Positions 23,454-35,099 are shown, numbered from the whole stretch's first letter. The stretch is DNA of 63,016 nt, filler included, from Salisapilia sapeloensis CBS 127946 (GCA_023334545.1; 10 parts of 10 records of this genome joined end to end with filler, not necessarily neighbours in it); one strand, 5' to 3'. Notes: generated by a model not told the origin, from the letters alone. A program made the numbers and translations.

Positions 23454-23850
23454 ATGGCGCTGATGAGGGCGATAGGACGAGTGGCGATTTGGCGGTTAGC
23501 GACACAATGCGACGATCATCCGGCGGCCCAGAAATGCTTTCGCTAGGATGTCACTTTATCTGTACTCGAGTAAGGCGTGAGGTATAGCCCGTGACGAGCT
23601 TATAATGGGACAAGTGTTCGGTTGTCAGCTGGCTGCCGTTTCCTTTGATTGCGGATATTTGAAGTCAGTGGAAGATCGGGCACATACAAGACCAAGTGAC
23701 AAGCACCTGTCAAGTCGAATAAGGCACCACGTGCAGCACCGTTAGTTGTGCCTGGCTCGACACTGCGCTGACAACTTCAACGCAACTACAACGTAAGATC
23801 CGACCACACGTATACAAATCCATTCCTTATTCCATGTTCCTGTCTTGAGT

Positions 23851-26832
23851 TCAGCCGTCGAGCTTACTGGCGAGTGCTGATTCCATTCGTTCCAGTTGCT
23901 TCGCCAAATCGCTAATCTGTTTCGAGTGGCTACTGATGCTGCTCATCATCGTTCCTTGCTGGTTCTTCAACTGCTCTTGCGTATTGCTCGTCTGAGATAA
24001 CAGGTCCATCAGTCGGTCCTCCATCTGCGTTTCAGAAGCATTCGCCGGCTCCTTCTTCACTTCCTCCTTCGCTTTCGGCACACTCATATTCTCCAGCTCG
24101 TTCGCTCTCGCCAAGAACCCTTCAAACTTCTTGTGCAGACCCTTGAGCACGCTCTGCATCTGATCCATCACGTGAGAGCACTCGTTTCCGGCGTTCGTAT
24201 CAAACACCTCCAATGCTCCCACTGTATGCCCGTTCGACAAGGTGATCGGGACACCGACGTAGAAAGTCGAGTCCTTTAGATATGTCTTCCGCCACTCGTT
24301 TCCAGAAAAGCGAACGTCCGCCGGTAAGTCACTGCAGGCCAACGGATGTCCGTACCGGCACGTGTGCGTCGCAACTGCCTGTTCTCGCGGGACATTGTCC
24401 AGTCCGACACTTCCGTAGACACTAATGAGCACATACTCGTCTGACGTGAGCAGTCCAATCAGAGCAATTGGACATTGCGTCGCTAATGCTGCCATCGAAC
24501 TCATCTGCGGTAAGACGTAGCTCGCTGTCGGAGACACAGCCAGGCCACGTTCAATGATCCGCACCGTCTGCAGTCGCTCCGTCTCGTTATCCAGCTCGAC
24601 GGCAGCTAAGCATCCTCTCGCAGCATTCGAGGGTCTGTAGACCGGGTACGGGATTCTCGAGATGTCTGCAACAGGATCGCACACGTCACACGTATACAGC
24701 TCTCGCAGTCGAGACTCCATCTGCTCCGTCGGTTCATGCGCTTGTGCTTGTGGTAACACCACGTCAGCACTTGGGGCGACATCCGCAGGTGCGAATTGAG
24801 GATTCTTATACGGTCCAGGCGCATTCGTAAGTTCATTCGCGCGAGATAAAAAGCCTTCAAACTTCTTGTGCAGACCTCGGACGACAGCTTGGGAGTGTGC
24901 AATGATGTTGACGCACTCGAGACGGACGCTCGTGTCCATGATCTCGAGTGCTCCGACAGTATGTCCATTCGAGAGGGTGATGGGAATGCCGATGTAGAAG
25001 CAGCTTTTGAGCGTACTCCGTCGTCGCGGGTTCCCAGCGAATCGAATGTCCGAGGACAAATCGCTACATACGAGTGGTCGTCCGTAGCGACAGGCATGAG
25101 CTCCGAGCGACTGTTCTCGAGGAATGTGCATCGGAGACTGGACACCAAACTCGCTGATTAAAATGTACTCGTCGTCCGTCAAGAGTCCGATGACGACCAT
25201 AGGACACCGTGTTGCTATAGAAGCAATCGACGTCAGCTGCGGCAATACGTAGTTGGCGGTCGAGGAGTGCGCGAGTCCGTTCTGGATGATCCGAACTGAC
25301 TTCATGCGTTCGGCTTCATTGTCCAGTTTAGCTGCAGCCACGTACTGGACGTTGCCGGAAGCATCCTGTGAGACTTCAGCAACGTCGTACGGAATGTCCT
25401 CAACTTCTTCCACTGGCGAACATGCTTCTCCGTTGCACAGCTGACAGACGTTGGTCATGTCCTTGTGTTTAGATTGTCCTGATGAAGCGTTTGCACTGCG
25501 ACTGCCGTTACGAGAGATCGGAGACGCGTTCGGACGTGTCTGAGACGTCATCCGACGTTCCGACGAGACGTTACTCGACCGACTCGCTTCACTCGGATTG
25601 CTTTGGGAACCTATGATCGAAGGTGCGTAGCCTTCGAACGAGTCTTCTAGAGACGCCGCATACGTGTCTCCGCTCGTGTTATTCGCAAGCTTGCAGCCGA
25701 TACATAGACGTACGTTCGGAGCACTTTCATCCACTGCGTCCGATGTGCGTGCAACGCAACAGGCGCTGCAGATGATCGTCTGACAGACACGACAAAAGTA
25801 TCGACGACGTAGCGGGTTAAAGCTCTTGCCACACACTGTGCATAATTTTGCTTTCTTCATAGCGTGCTTGTGTTCAGAGCTCATGTTATTACGATCGCGT
25901 GGCGGGTGACCTGGTACTGGTGGCTGTCGGTCTTGTGAATGCACCGACACGTAGGTAGACGAGTGGTTCGTCGCAGAGCTTCGAAATTCGGAAGCAGAGT
26001 CATGAGAACTGTTTTGACTCGCCTGGAGTCTTCGACTTGCATTTCCACCGCTGCTGGAAGATGAAAAGCCGTCTTTATCAAAGTACTTCCAGAATTTGCG
26101 TGAATCCATAAACTTTTGAAAGTGCTCGACTTGGTACTTGCTATCGTCATCTTCTAGCTCTGTGACAATGTACGGCTCGACAGAATCGACAAAGTCCTTG
26201 TCCCACGTGACGTGATGCAAGACGTTCATGGACAGCAGCCGACGACCGATGAGTACGGCATGCGCACGATCCGTCGCCATGTCATCTCGTACCAAGAAGC
26301 TAACGATGTTCTCACCGGACGCTGATCGAATGGATAAGTCGCTACGAATGCGCAGTGCCGTTAATGGCAGTGCGTCTTTCAAGTGGCTAATGACAGGTTC
26401 TAGATCCCACACGCCGTAGTTCAGGTCAAGTCCGACGGAGCTGAGTAGATGGATGTTCGTGCCGATTGCAAGCACCCACAAGTCGCGGTCTTTACGTGAT
26501 TTTGTACGGAACGAGATCTCGGCTTCCGGTAGGACGCCTCCAAGACACCGAATGTCGAATCGGCGCGTGAATTTGGTCGCAGCGTCGACGTCGTCCAGGT
26601 CGGTCACGTTGACACCAGGCCCGAGCTCGATGGCTGCAAGACGCGATGCGTCCCGTTCACGTTTGTACATGGCAATCCATCGGCCTTCAAGTCGAACGTA
26701 GAGTTCAGACCATGAGGAAAAGGTTCCTCCTTTGAAGCGCACTTCAATCGGTCCGCTCATCATTTGCAGTTTATCGCCATACCGGTTCGACATGCCTGGT
26801 TGGTCGTTGCGGACGTATGCTGCCGGGGACAT
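23851..26832 (-). CDS. PH + DEP + FYVE + 2x GAF protein, tandem paralogue of the neighbouring gene
   Basis: PH-like N-terminus (SFRTKSRKDRDLWVLAI), DEP-like (SGENIVSFL...AVLIGRRLL...LHHV), FYVE, two GAF repeats, and the same LLSQT.NTQEQLKNQQG tail as 21762-23453. Confidence 0.85.
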   Translation of the reverse strand: MSPAAYVRNDQPGMSNRYGDKLQMMSGPIEVRFKGGTFSSWSELYVRLEGRWIAMYKRERDASRLAAIELGPGVNVTDLDDVDAATKFTRRFDIRCLGGVLPEAEISFRTKSRKDRDLWVLAIGTNIHLLSSVGLDLNYGVWDLEPVISHLKDALPLTALRIRSDLSIRSASGENIVSFLVRDDMATDRAHAVLIGRRLLSMNVLHHVTWDKDFVDSVEPYIVTELEDDDSKYQVEHFQKFMDSRKFWKYFDKDGFSSSSSGGNASRRLQASQNSSHDSASEFRSSATNHSSTYVSVHSQDRQPPVPGHPPRDRNNMSSEHKHAMKKAKLCTVCGKSFNPLRRRYFCRVCQTIICSACCVARTSDAVDESAPNVRLCIGCKLANNTSGDTYAASLEDSFEGYAPSIIGSQSNPSEASRSSNVSSERRMTSQTRPNASPISRNGSRSANASSGQSKHKDMTNVCQLCNGEACSPVEEVEDIPYDVAEVSQDASGNVQYVAAAKLDNEAERMKSVRIIQNGLAHSSTANYVLPQLTSIASIATRCPMVVIGLLTDDEYILISEFGVQSPMHIPREQSLGAHACRYGRPLVCSDLSSDIRFAGNPRRRSTLKSCFYIGIPITLSNGHTVGALEIMDTSVRLECVNIIAHSQAVVRGLHKKFEGFLSRANELTNAPGPYKNPQFAPADVAPSADVVLPQAQAHEPTEQMESRLRELYTCDVCDPVADISRIPYPVYRPSNAARGCLAAVELDNETERLQTVRIIERGLAVSPTASYVLPQMSSMAALATQCPIALIGLLTSDEYVLISVYGSVGLDNVPREQAVATHTCRYGHPLACSDLPADVRFSGNEWRKTYLKDSTFYVGVPITLSNGHTVGALEVFDTNAGNECSHVMDQMQSVLKGLHKKFEGFLARANELENMSVPKAKEEVKKEPANASETQMEDRLMDLLSQTSNTQEQLKNQQGTMMSSISSHSKQISDLAKQLERMESALASKLDG

Positions 26833-28365
26833 TTTTAATCAAACGGAACGGTCCTGGCTAGATGTTGGTAGTTTAATGATAAAGTCAGGCCAATGCAAGT
26901 GCGAATTAGTTCGCAATGTGCGTTGTTGAGTATTCGTTGCTTGGCTTGTCAAGATGAGGCAAAGCGGCAAGCAGCTTACTTTGCTTGGGATAGAGGTCGA
27001 GACCGAAAAGGGGATCAGGTCGAGTGAGGCGTTCCTTGTGCTCACTCGAATGCGATACTGATATTCACGTCCGAGCACGCACCCGGAAAGAAGGACGAAG
27101 GGGAAGGTCAGTTGGAAGAAACTGCTGACGTTTTCGAATAAAAACCACTGGCCTTGCTCTCTCGCTCTCTCTTCCTATATCGAGCTACTGATACCCTCGT
27201 TTCTTCTACCAAACAACTAAAACTTGACGGAAAGATATAGGTATGCGCAACGCCACGACCATCCATAATGCGCACTTGCTACGAGAAGAGTTCGAATGAA
27301 CGCCACAGTACGGCATGCCGATTTGGTAGAAAGTTGTAGCATGCACAGTACAGAAAAAACCGCTTGAAGACCTCTATATCTTATTCCATCAATCAGTAGC
27401 ATTCAAGTAAACATTTTGCGCGGCGGTAACGCCATGAAGCCTTCGTCTCCTCCACCAGACCAGATTAGACACTCCAGATGACTCGGCCAGGTGCAGAGCT
27501 AATGCTGGAAGCGCACAATGGTAGCGCTGCCCTGACCGCGAGCCTGGCTCATAAATCTTTTCGAGCAATTGTAAAAGGCTCGATGGAAATGCTAGCTAAC
27601 GACGCATGCTCAACGTAGACGGGAGTAGAGACTGTTGTAGGACGCAAGGAGGATATGAGGAGCCCACGTGTCCAAACGTATATTGTGCATCCACTATCGA
27701 TGGGTGAAAGCTGTTTGCCACGAATGGGAGAGGTCATATCAATCAAGTGAACAACTCAAGTGGACGCAAATGTACCTACCTGGCTGGTGCATGTTGAGTA
27801 AGGTTTGCCTTTCCGACCACCATGCATTCCATTTCGTAGTCACGTTCGTAAGCGAGTCGATGGACTGTAGAGTCGCAAACATTCATGTGGCCCCCTATGA
27901 TCGGTAAAAGCAGAAAGTATGACTTCCTTCACGCTTGAATGGACAGGGTGTTTAATAAGTTAAACCGTAAATGAAGTTGTCATCGCGTTGTATTTGGGAT
28001 GGAGCAAAGCAACACGTTTTCCTGCGCTTGTGGCGATCGCGTCACTACATGTGGTAACCTTGTCAATCGATTTCACGCTCGTCACCTTCGCAAAGAAAAA
28101 TTTTCGACCGATATGAAAGAAAAGTACGGATAAAAGTATCCTCATCTCCGTCACTATCCTTCTCTTGTTCGAATGCTCGACGATATACTCCATATCTGAG
28201 CATGGTGGTATGTCGCCAGAACGCTGGCATATGAGTATTTCCACAAAAATGAGTATCTTTCTAACTGATATTGTGAGCTACGGTACTTCAAACCTCGATG
28301 CCAACCAACAATTCATCAATACGACCCAGGCCATTGCTCAATACTCTCAGCTTCTACAAGCTATC

Positions 28366-30612
28366 ATGAGCCATGACAATGCCGTGCAAGTGGCCCTGGC
28401 TCGCAACCTTCTATCATCCATGCTGTCGTTCGGTGTGGTGAAAGACGTCGATTCTCCACTCGATGCGCAGCTCGAGACGCTCGAGCAAATGTGTCGCCAG
28501 CATAACATCTTTGGCGTTATTACGGACGGCAAAGCCTTGTCAAAATTCCACACGAGACTGTATGAACTCATTGACGGTGACGCCAAGAGCTGTGAAGCTG
28601 GTTATCGTCTATGGAAAGTCGTGCTGGAGCAAAGTCCACTATCATCATTAGAACACCAGTGCTCTACCTTGTTTCCTCGTATTACCACTGCCATTAAGCA
28701 GCTCTTTGATAAGCAGCACTACGCTGCTGCGGCACGTGCATGTGAAGCAGCTCGTGAGCTAGTGCGCTGTGGAAGCAGCGTCTCATCTGATGTCAAGCGA
28801 GACTTGTCTGAGATACTGAACAAACTCCAGCCCGTGCTACTTTCTAGACTTCAATCAGTTGCGAAAGATGATGCCGGAGGGTGGAAGGTATCTCTCCAGC
28901 CTGCAGAGCTGGACTTTTGGCTCCAAGCGCTTTCCATTTTCTCCGTCTTGCTTGAAGCAATGCCAACGACCGTCCGGTCGTACGCGACCAAGCTCGAAAA
29001 TGCTTTGGCCTATGCCTTCTACTCGACAGATTCAAATGTCCAAAACTCAGATATTCCATCCAATGTCCTCATCAACTTGTGTCGAGCAGCGTCAAAGCCG
29101 ACGGAAGCGTGGAAACAAACCGCTGATAAGACCATCGCGAGCTTACACCAGCAGCTGAACATCTTTGCTGGTACCCAAGGAGATGACCAAAAGGGTCGGC
29201 CCAAGCCTTGGGTTAAGGATGCCGAGCTAGATCGTTCCGACGCACCAATCTACTCTCGCGCACAGTCTTCCATCATTCGCTTCCAGACGGCAGCCTCCCT
29301 CTTATCCAACATGATGCACAGCCAAGCTGTGAGTGAACGCGAAGTGCAGATCTTTTTACCGGACATCATCGCTTTTACTCGTCGCGCATTCGTGATGAAC
29401 GTACGGGAGATCGGGAAGCAGACGGGTGTGTCAGACGATGGTGTTCGACTTCCCATTAGCATCGTCTACGGCGTCGTCCCGCAGATCCAGCAGTCTGGAC
29501 TACAGCTCTTGTCTTCCTGTATCGATCGTCTAGGCCTATGTGCGCTTCGTAAAGCCAGCCACATCCGTCGTACACTCCAGCTCGCGAGTGAAAACGTCAC
29601 GGACGAAAGTGTTGTTGCTTTCTACGACACCATCACTACGTGCGTACAGCGCATGGGTGCTAGCAGTATCGATCGCTTCGGCGTGTCTCTACTCGATGAC
29701 ATCGTCCAGTCCATCAAGCACACGCTTAATGCTTCCGTACAAGCCCCTCAGGCTACGAATGCAGACAAGAGTGGTGCACAAAAAGGAAAGAAGCGAAAGC
29801 GTCAACCAGACGTGGCTCAACTTTCATTGCAGCATCAGTCCAAAGCCACATTCATGTCGAAACAACTGCAAAGTCATGTCAGTAAGAGCGTATATGCAGG
29901 TTTATACGCATTGGCAACGTGTCGGAGTGTGTATGGCTGCTTACTCTCGACGGCATCTCGCAAAGCTATTGAGGAAGTACTCTTCATGTGTATTCAAAAC
30001 GAACACGTTGGCCGTGACGCCACGTCCATTGCACTCTTGTCCGACGTCGTGACTGCTGACGGCAATGGCGTCCACGGCTCCAACCTGTTGCAGGCAGTGC
30101 AGCACTGGAAGCAACAGAGCCAGCGCCCTGCCAAGTCTTCTGATAAGTCGTTAATGCCGTTGCTGTCTCTTTCGGTCGGAGAAGCGCTCCTGCATCCTCG
30201 ATCGATGCCGATGTACATTGCTGACCCGAGCGACGTATCGGGTGTCGATGTTGGGATGGAAGACGGATATGGTGGTGTTATTGGGTCGAGGAAGAGCACA
30301 AAGAGCTCTTCCATGAAAGGAGTGAAAGGTGCAAATGATTGGGACGCAGCGGAACAAGTACAAGAAGCGAAGGATGAGGTAGAGGCGCCAGAGGAAGAGG
30401 TTGTGCAAGAAGAGGTTATGGAAGAGGAGGTTGTGGACGATGATGATGAAGATGAAAGACCTCCTGTCGAAAAGATAGATGTAGAGAAAAAGGTGACAAC
30501 AGTTGTGCAAGATCAAGAGCCAAAGACGCAAACGGAGAGCGTGACTGCCGCCGTAGCAAAAGAGGAAGAGGACGAGTTCCCTGATATCGTCATGGACGAC
30601 GCAGATGAATAA
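28366..30612 (+). CDS. Probable Rix1/PELP1-like pre-60S biogenesis factor
   Basis: Long alpha-solenoid-like body, basic NLS (KGKKRKR), acidic tail ending EFPDIVMDDADE as in Rix1/PELP1-type proteins. Likely ATG at 28366 within the ORF starting 28165. Confidence 0.55.
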   Translation: MSHDNAVQVALARNLLSSMLSFGVVKDVDSPLDAQLETLEQMCRQHNIFGVITDGKALSKFHTRLYELIDGDAKSCEAGYRLWKVVLEQSPLSSLEHQCSTLFPRITTAIKQLFDKQHYAAAARACEAARELVRCGSSVSSDVKRDLSEILNKLQPVLLSRLQSVAKDDAGGWKVSLQPAELDFWLQALSIFSVLLEAMPTTVRSYATKLENALAYAFYSTDSNVQNSDIPSNVLINLCRAASKPTEAWKQTADKTIASLHQQLNIFAGTQGDDQKGRPKPWVKDAELDRSDAPIYSRAQSSIIRFQTAASLLSNMMHSQAVSEREVQIFLPDIIAFTRRAFVMNVREIGKQTGVSDDGVRLPISIVYGVVPQIQQSGLQLLSSCIDRLGLCALRKASHIRRTLQLASENVTDESVVAFYDTITTCVQRMGASSIDRFGVSLLDDIVQSIKHTLNASVQAPQATNADKSGAQKGKKRKRQPDVAQLSLQHQSKATFMSKQLQSHVSKSVYAGLYALATCRSVYGCLLSTASRKAIEEVLFMCIQNEHVGRDATSIALLSDVVTADGNGVHGSNLLQAVQHWKQQSQRPAKSSDKSLMPLLSLSVGEALLHPRSMPMYIADPSDVSGVDVGMEDGYGGVIGSRKSTKSSSMKGVKGANDWDAAEQVQEAKDEVEAPEEEVVQEEVMEEEVVDDDDEDERPPVEKIDVEKKVTTVVQDQEPKTQTESVTAAVAKEEEDEFPDIVMDDADE

Positions 30613-30628
30613 ATGCACTTCTATCGAC

Positions 30629-31906
30629 TTATAGTTTGGACGTGTTCACTAGCTTTGCATACTCTCCATCACTATCGTACTCGTCTCCTGATAAGAACCC
30701 AGTGATCTCGTCTTCCTCCATGTCTCTTCGATGAGATGACTTGTGCTGAACGAGTAATGTGACACCAGCAGCGATGGATAGCAAAGCCAAGGGATAGACA
30801 ATGTACTCTCTCCTAGAGTACGCTTGGTCCGTGTCGTAGAAGACAGCTCCACCCACGACACTAAAAGTAATCCAGACAGCTTGGAAGACTGGGAACACTG
30901 TCATGATGTCTCCAAGTGACGTCGCGAGATTGAGGAAGTGGGTTTGAATAAGAATCGAGATGAGCATGCCGCCGATGAAGACATACGTGAGCTTATACTT
31001 GAACTGGTTGTCGCCTTCAATTGACAGTGCGATCATGATTGCCGAGCACTTAGCCAACAAGACGGAGATCGCTCCGACGATACCAGAGCTAATGGCATAA
31101 TAGTACGGAACTCGATTCGGCACCTCGTCTTCCTTCACCCCGGAAGAATATCGTCGCATTGCGTGATACTTGAAGGACTCAGCAGCTGCTTCACTAGTGT
31201 CAGAGATGTCGCTGGAGGATTCTCTACTACTAGTCGGCTGGAGTAGCTTCTCTTCCATGGACAAGAGTCGATTCTCCAAGTCCGTTAGTCGCAGATCAAA
31301 CTGTTTCATCTGCTGCTTTTGCTTCTTGTTGGACAAGGACATTTGATTCTTGAGTTTATTCGCGAGAGATCCTTTGATTGTAGCAAGCATACTGAGTGTG
31401 CACACTCCGACGATTGAAATGTAGACGAGAAATTCCTTTCGGAGAAACCGCTGCTCAAGCTCTGGGAGTGGGTAGTCTACATTCGGCTTTGATACATAGG
31501 CGATGAGGACTACGCCAACGAGTACGAAGAATACGCCGCCCAAGTCGGTCTATCACTAGCATAAATATACGTGCACAAGGAGAGGGAAAGTAGGGAGTAC
31601 CAATCGTGGAGCTTCGTGGTTCATCCAGTATGCTGTTGCTACGTTGGATATGAGGGTCGTTCCGCCTCCGAGGGCGGCTACAAGAGACTGTGTCGCGAAT
31701 CCGAAAGCGGAGAAGTCCCCGATGCTGCCAACGACGACAAGTGTGAGGCCAAACCACCACAACGGGCGTTGGACATAAGGCCTCTGCAGTCGTCGAGGTG
31801 CTCGTGCTTCCGTCACGTGAGAATACTTTTGGATGTTGACACCCAGGTTCGATATGATAGATGCAACGACCGCGAGTACTCCGCCCACGACCTCCAACTT
31901 CGTCAT
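30629..31906 (-). CDS. NIPA-family magnesium transporter, one intron
   Basis: SIISNLGVNIQKYSH, PLWWFGLTLVVVGSIGDFSAFGFATQSLVAALG and Q..FLN.A...VFPVFQ motifs. Confidence 0.88.
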
Positions 31907-32129
31907 GTTAAATGACCGTCAATTCTTCCGTTATAAGATTTATGTGTCTATCTTTTCGATTTGAAGTCCTGAGTCAGTCTCTTGTCCCGCGTATCCGCTC
32001 GGATTCAGTTAGCATCTTCGTACTCACTTGGCAGGTGAATAGCTACTTGGAAGGATGGAGATACTTATATAAAGAGGACGGGAGCTAAAGTAGAGGCTGG
32101 CAATATTGCATCGTCTACCGTGATGTGGT

Positions 32130-32715
32130 AGATCGCGAACGTGTACTATTCGCGCTAGTGACTGCAGTGGTGGATACTGTTTGGCCGCAAGCTACTTGTG
32201 CAGTAAAAATGGACTATCACAGGAAGTAGATGATAAAGAACTCATGAAGAAACTAGAGGCTGAAGTGTCAGTAGAGTTGGGCAAAAGCAATGCAATAGAT
32301 CTAGCGACTACCGGGTAGTGTTGGGATCAGCGATATCAAGTGTGAGGTTGACTTCACGCCGGAAGTGCTGTCTAAAAATGGATTCGTCCACGTCAAGGAT
32401 GCCATGGCGTCTCCTCCGAAAGATGACTCGAGCGTGTTCTTCATGCTAAACGGACGGAACGAAGGCATCTACGTGTCTTGGAATGGAGACTTTGACTGCA
32501 TCGGACTATCTAGCAAACTAGCTGCCAAGTGGCTCGGTGCGGACCAGGATGTGATGGCGAACGGCGTTCGGCTGTACTCTCAGATGGGTCATCCTATTCG
32601 AAGTGCAGAAGATCTGGTATCGTCAAAGCGTTTGGTGCATATCCTATTAGACTTCCAGTTGTGGCAGTGGCCTGGCATCGAGAAGGGTTACAAGTACCAT
32701 TTGGAGGACGGCGTG
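32130..32715 (+). pseudogene. Second P4H-family copy; 5' part frameshifted, 3' part lost at contig end
   Basis: 32337-32530 is near-identical to the reverse complement of 19836-20030. Upstream, a continuous reading needs +1 A in gtaaaaat (~32204) and -1 G in accgggtag (~32312), and no in-frame ATG was found. Confidence 0.55.
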
Positions 32716-32815
32716 NNNNNNNNNNNNNNNNNNNNNNNNNNNNNNNNNNNNNNNNNNNNTTAATTAATTAANNNNNNNNNNNNNNNNNNNNNNNNNNNNN
32801 NNNNNNNNNNNNNNN
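32716..32815. other. Artificial contig linker
   Basis: Same 100-nt linker. Confidence 0.99.
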
Positions 32816-34092
32816 CTGAAATCACGAAAGATAAGCTCATGCAAGGTGCTGGTCGCCTGCGTCAGCTTGGCTGTAACCAACAACTGCACTTTGCCGCTTT
32901 GGACGAGGTGGTCGAGAGCGTACGAAAGCACGGGAATAAGTCACACGCCAAGGAGGTTACCACCTCGGACATTCTTGGAAGGGTGATGGCAAACACCACG
33001 TCGGAAGCAGAACATAGGCTACTGGAGTGGGCTAGCAATGGCATTCACTTTAATCAAGCAACTACGTCACCGAGTTCTGAGCTGGTCGAGGATGATTGGA
33101 GTCTTGCGCTCCACTATGACAATCCAAATCGCCCGGAACTCATTGGTAACTTGATTTCGGCTCATGTCACCAAAACGTATCCTCAAATTTCTTCTCAAGA
33201 TCGGTCACTGCTACCCGATACTGTCCGAGGCATCGTTGAAAGAAGTTGCACGTACGGAATGGATCGAGAAGTGGTCGTTGGTTTTCACTCGAATGAGCAA
33301 GAGACCGAGCTCGAAATCGAGCAAGAGGAGGAAAAGGAAGCGGAAGTATCGCTTCCATCCGTGCAAAGTTGCCAGCACGTTGCCTGGAACTATCGAGCAG
33401 CTTTACAAGCTACATCCCTTGCTGAAACCAAAGGTCTTGTCAACATCCAGAAGCTTGGGGAGTTTTTGGTGCAAAGGATCCGGATCAAGTTGGGCAAGGG
33501 CATTCAATGGGATCAGGCTGAAATTTACTATACACAAAACTTCCGACGGACAGTTACTGAATCACCAAGCAACTCCGACAAGTCTGAAAAAGAAAGCGGG
33601 CTGTATGAATACCTTCGCGTAGCTGACGCTATGATTTACCTCCGCGATGGTGCATTGGTGCTGCTGGATGATCAAGAAGCCGATGCGATTCTAGGATATA
33701 TCTGGAAGTCGCCTACAAAGTCTCAGATTCGCTTTTTCAATGTAAGCTTGGAATCGGATGCTGCCAACTCCGGTAATCGCTTCCCATTGCTGGATCCAAT
33801 CACTCGAAGTATCGGGAACACAGAAATTGGGAAGAAATACGTCCCGGACCTCTCCTTAACTGCTTGTGAACTGTACAATGGATCGACGTGGTACTCATCA
33901 CATGCGGAGGGAGACCTAAAGCTTTTGCTTGGTCAGTTGAAAGCTTGCGAAGACAAAATGCAAGGGTTTGTCCGTAGTCGAGGTAACAGCCACAAGTGGC
34001 AGCGATCTGACTTGCATGCTATTTGTCAAAAGATCGATCTGGACACTGCAAAGTCGACCAAACCGGTCGTACGAGTACTAAGGCGAGGGTAA
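32816..34092 (+). CDS. C-terminal fragment of a large DUF3638/DUF3645-type protein
   Basis: Begins EITKDKLMQGAGRLRQLG, then EQETELEIEQEEEKEAEV and EYLRVADAMI, the segment that follows DUF3645 in this family. 5' end open. Confidence 0.75.
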
Positions 34093-35099
34093 GGACGGGG
34101 GAGAGGATGAGGACAAGAACAAGCATCAGTAATATGGTTTTGACCAGTAGTGAGTGGGAAATCAATGAACGGAAGATTTGGGTATAGTCATAAATTGGAT
34201 GTACTATTTGGTAACTTAGAACGGACACCTGGCTGAGATGCTGCTAAATTCAGCTTCATGTCCCACCACCACTAGTATGGCTTTGCTTATCTGTAGATAT
34301 ACCTGTTGAAAGTACCAGCCTGTCGACTTAATCTCGATGCATATGTTGAAGGCGTTGAGCGTATCATTGTGACGTTGAGATAGATACTTGTGATTTCTGG
34401 TATTAATGGTACGCATGCATGTCCCTCGACCAAGGTTGGAGACGGTGCTGTCGTACATAGTCCGACGAAATCGTCCGACGAATAACTGCATAGTTGTGCT
34501 AAAGCCTTTTATTGTACCACACGAAGAGTTTCTTTCCACGTGAGTCTGTCCAAATGAATCCGGCGATATCTTCCGGTAGTGCTCCAGACTGGCGACTGTG
34601 ACTATTCACCACATCAACGTGCTTGCTGCACACGCGTCCTCTAGCACAATACCACAGACGCGAAGATGTGTTCAGCAGCAGGACAAAACTAGTCGACTAT
34701 AGACAAGCCTGGTTTATAGAGTCTGCAAGTGAGATGAACCCAGTGGTAATTTCGCAAGTGCCAAATGTGACGTAGGATTGCATAAGTGGATGCATCCTGT
34801 CGAGAGTAGGATAAACTACATAGAGTGGGACGTTGCGGTTGGATTTGATCGTGGATTCGCCGTGAAAGCTTGGCTCTCGTTACTCGTGACCAGACAGGCA
34901 ACGATAAATGGAAAGAAAACGCTCGCGCCCTGGATTTTTCTGTGCCCATTAGACTGCAGAGTGGTAGAGCCGTTGCTAGTGGCCACCGAATCCCATGGGG
35001 CTGAGTTTCCACGCATCGATGTCCTTCCGTGCATATCACGAGGGTTGTCAGAGTCCATCATAATCCGATCTTCCATTATCTGCATATACCACGCCACCG

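Noticed and set aside
27550-27586. Hairpin TCGAGC...GCTCGA as a possible ncRNA or terminator
   Set aside because: Only a 6-bp stem, with no snRNA, snoRNA, SRP or tRNA consensus around it.
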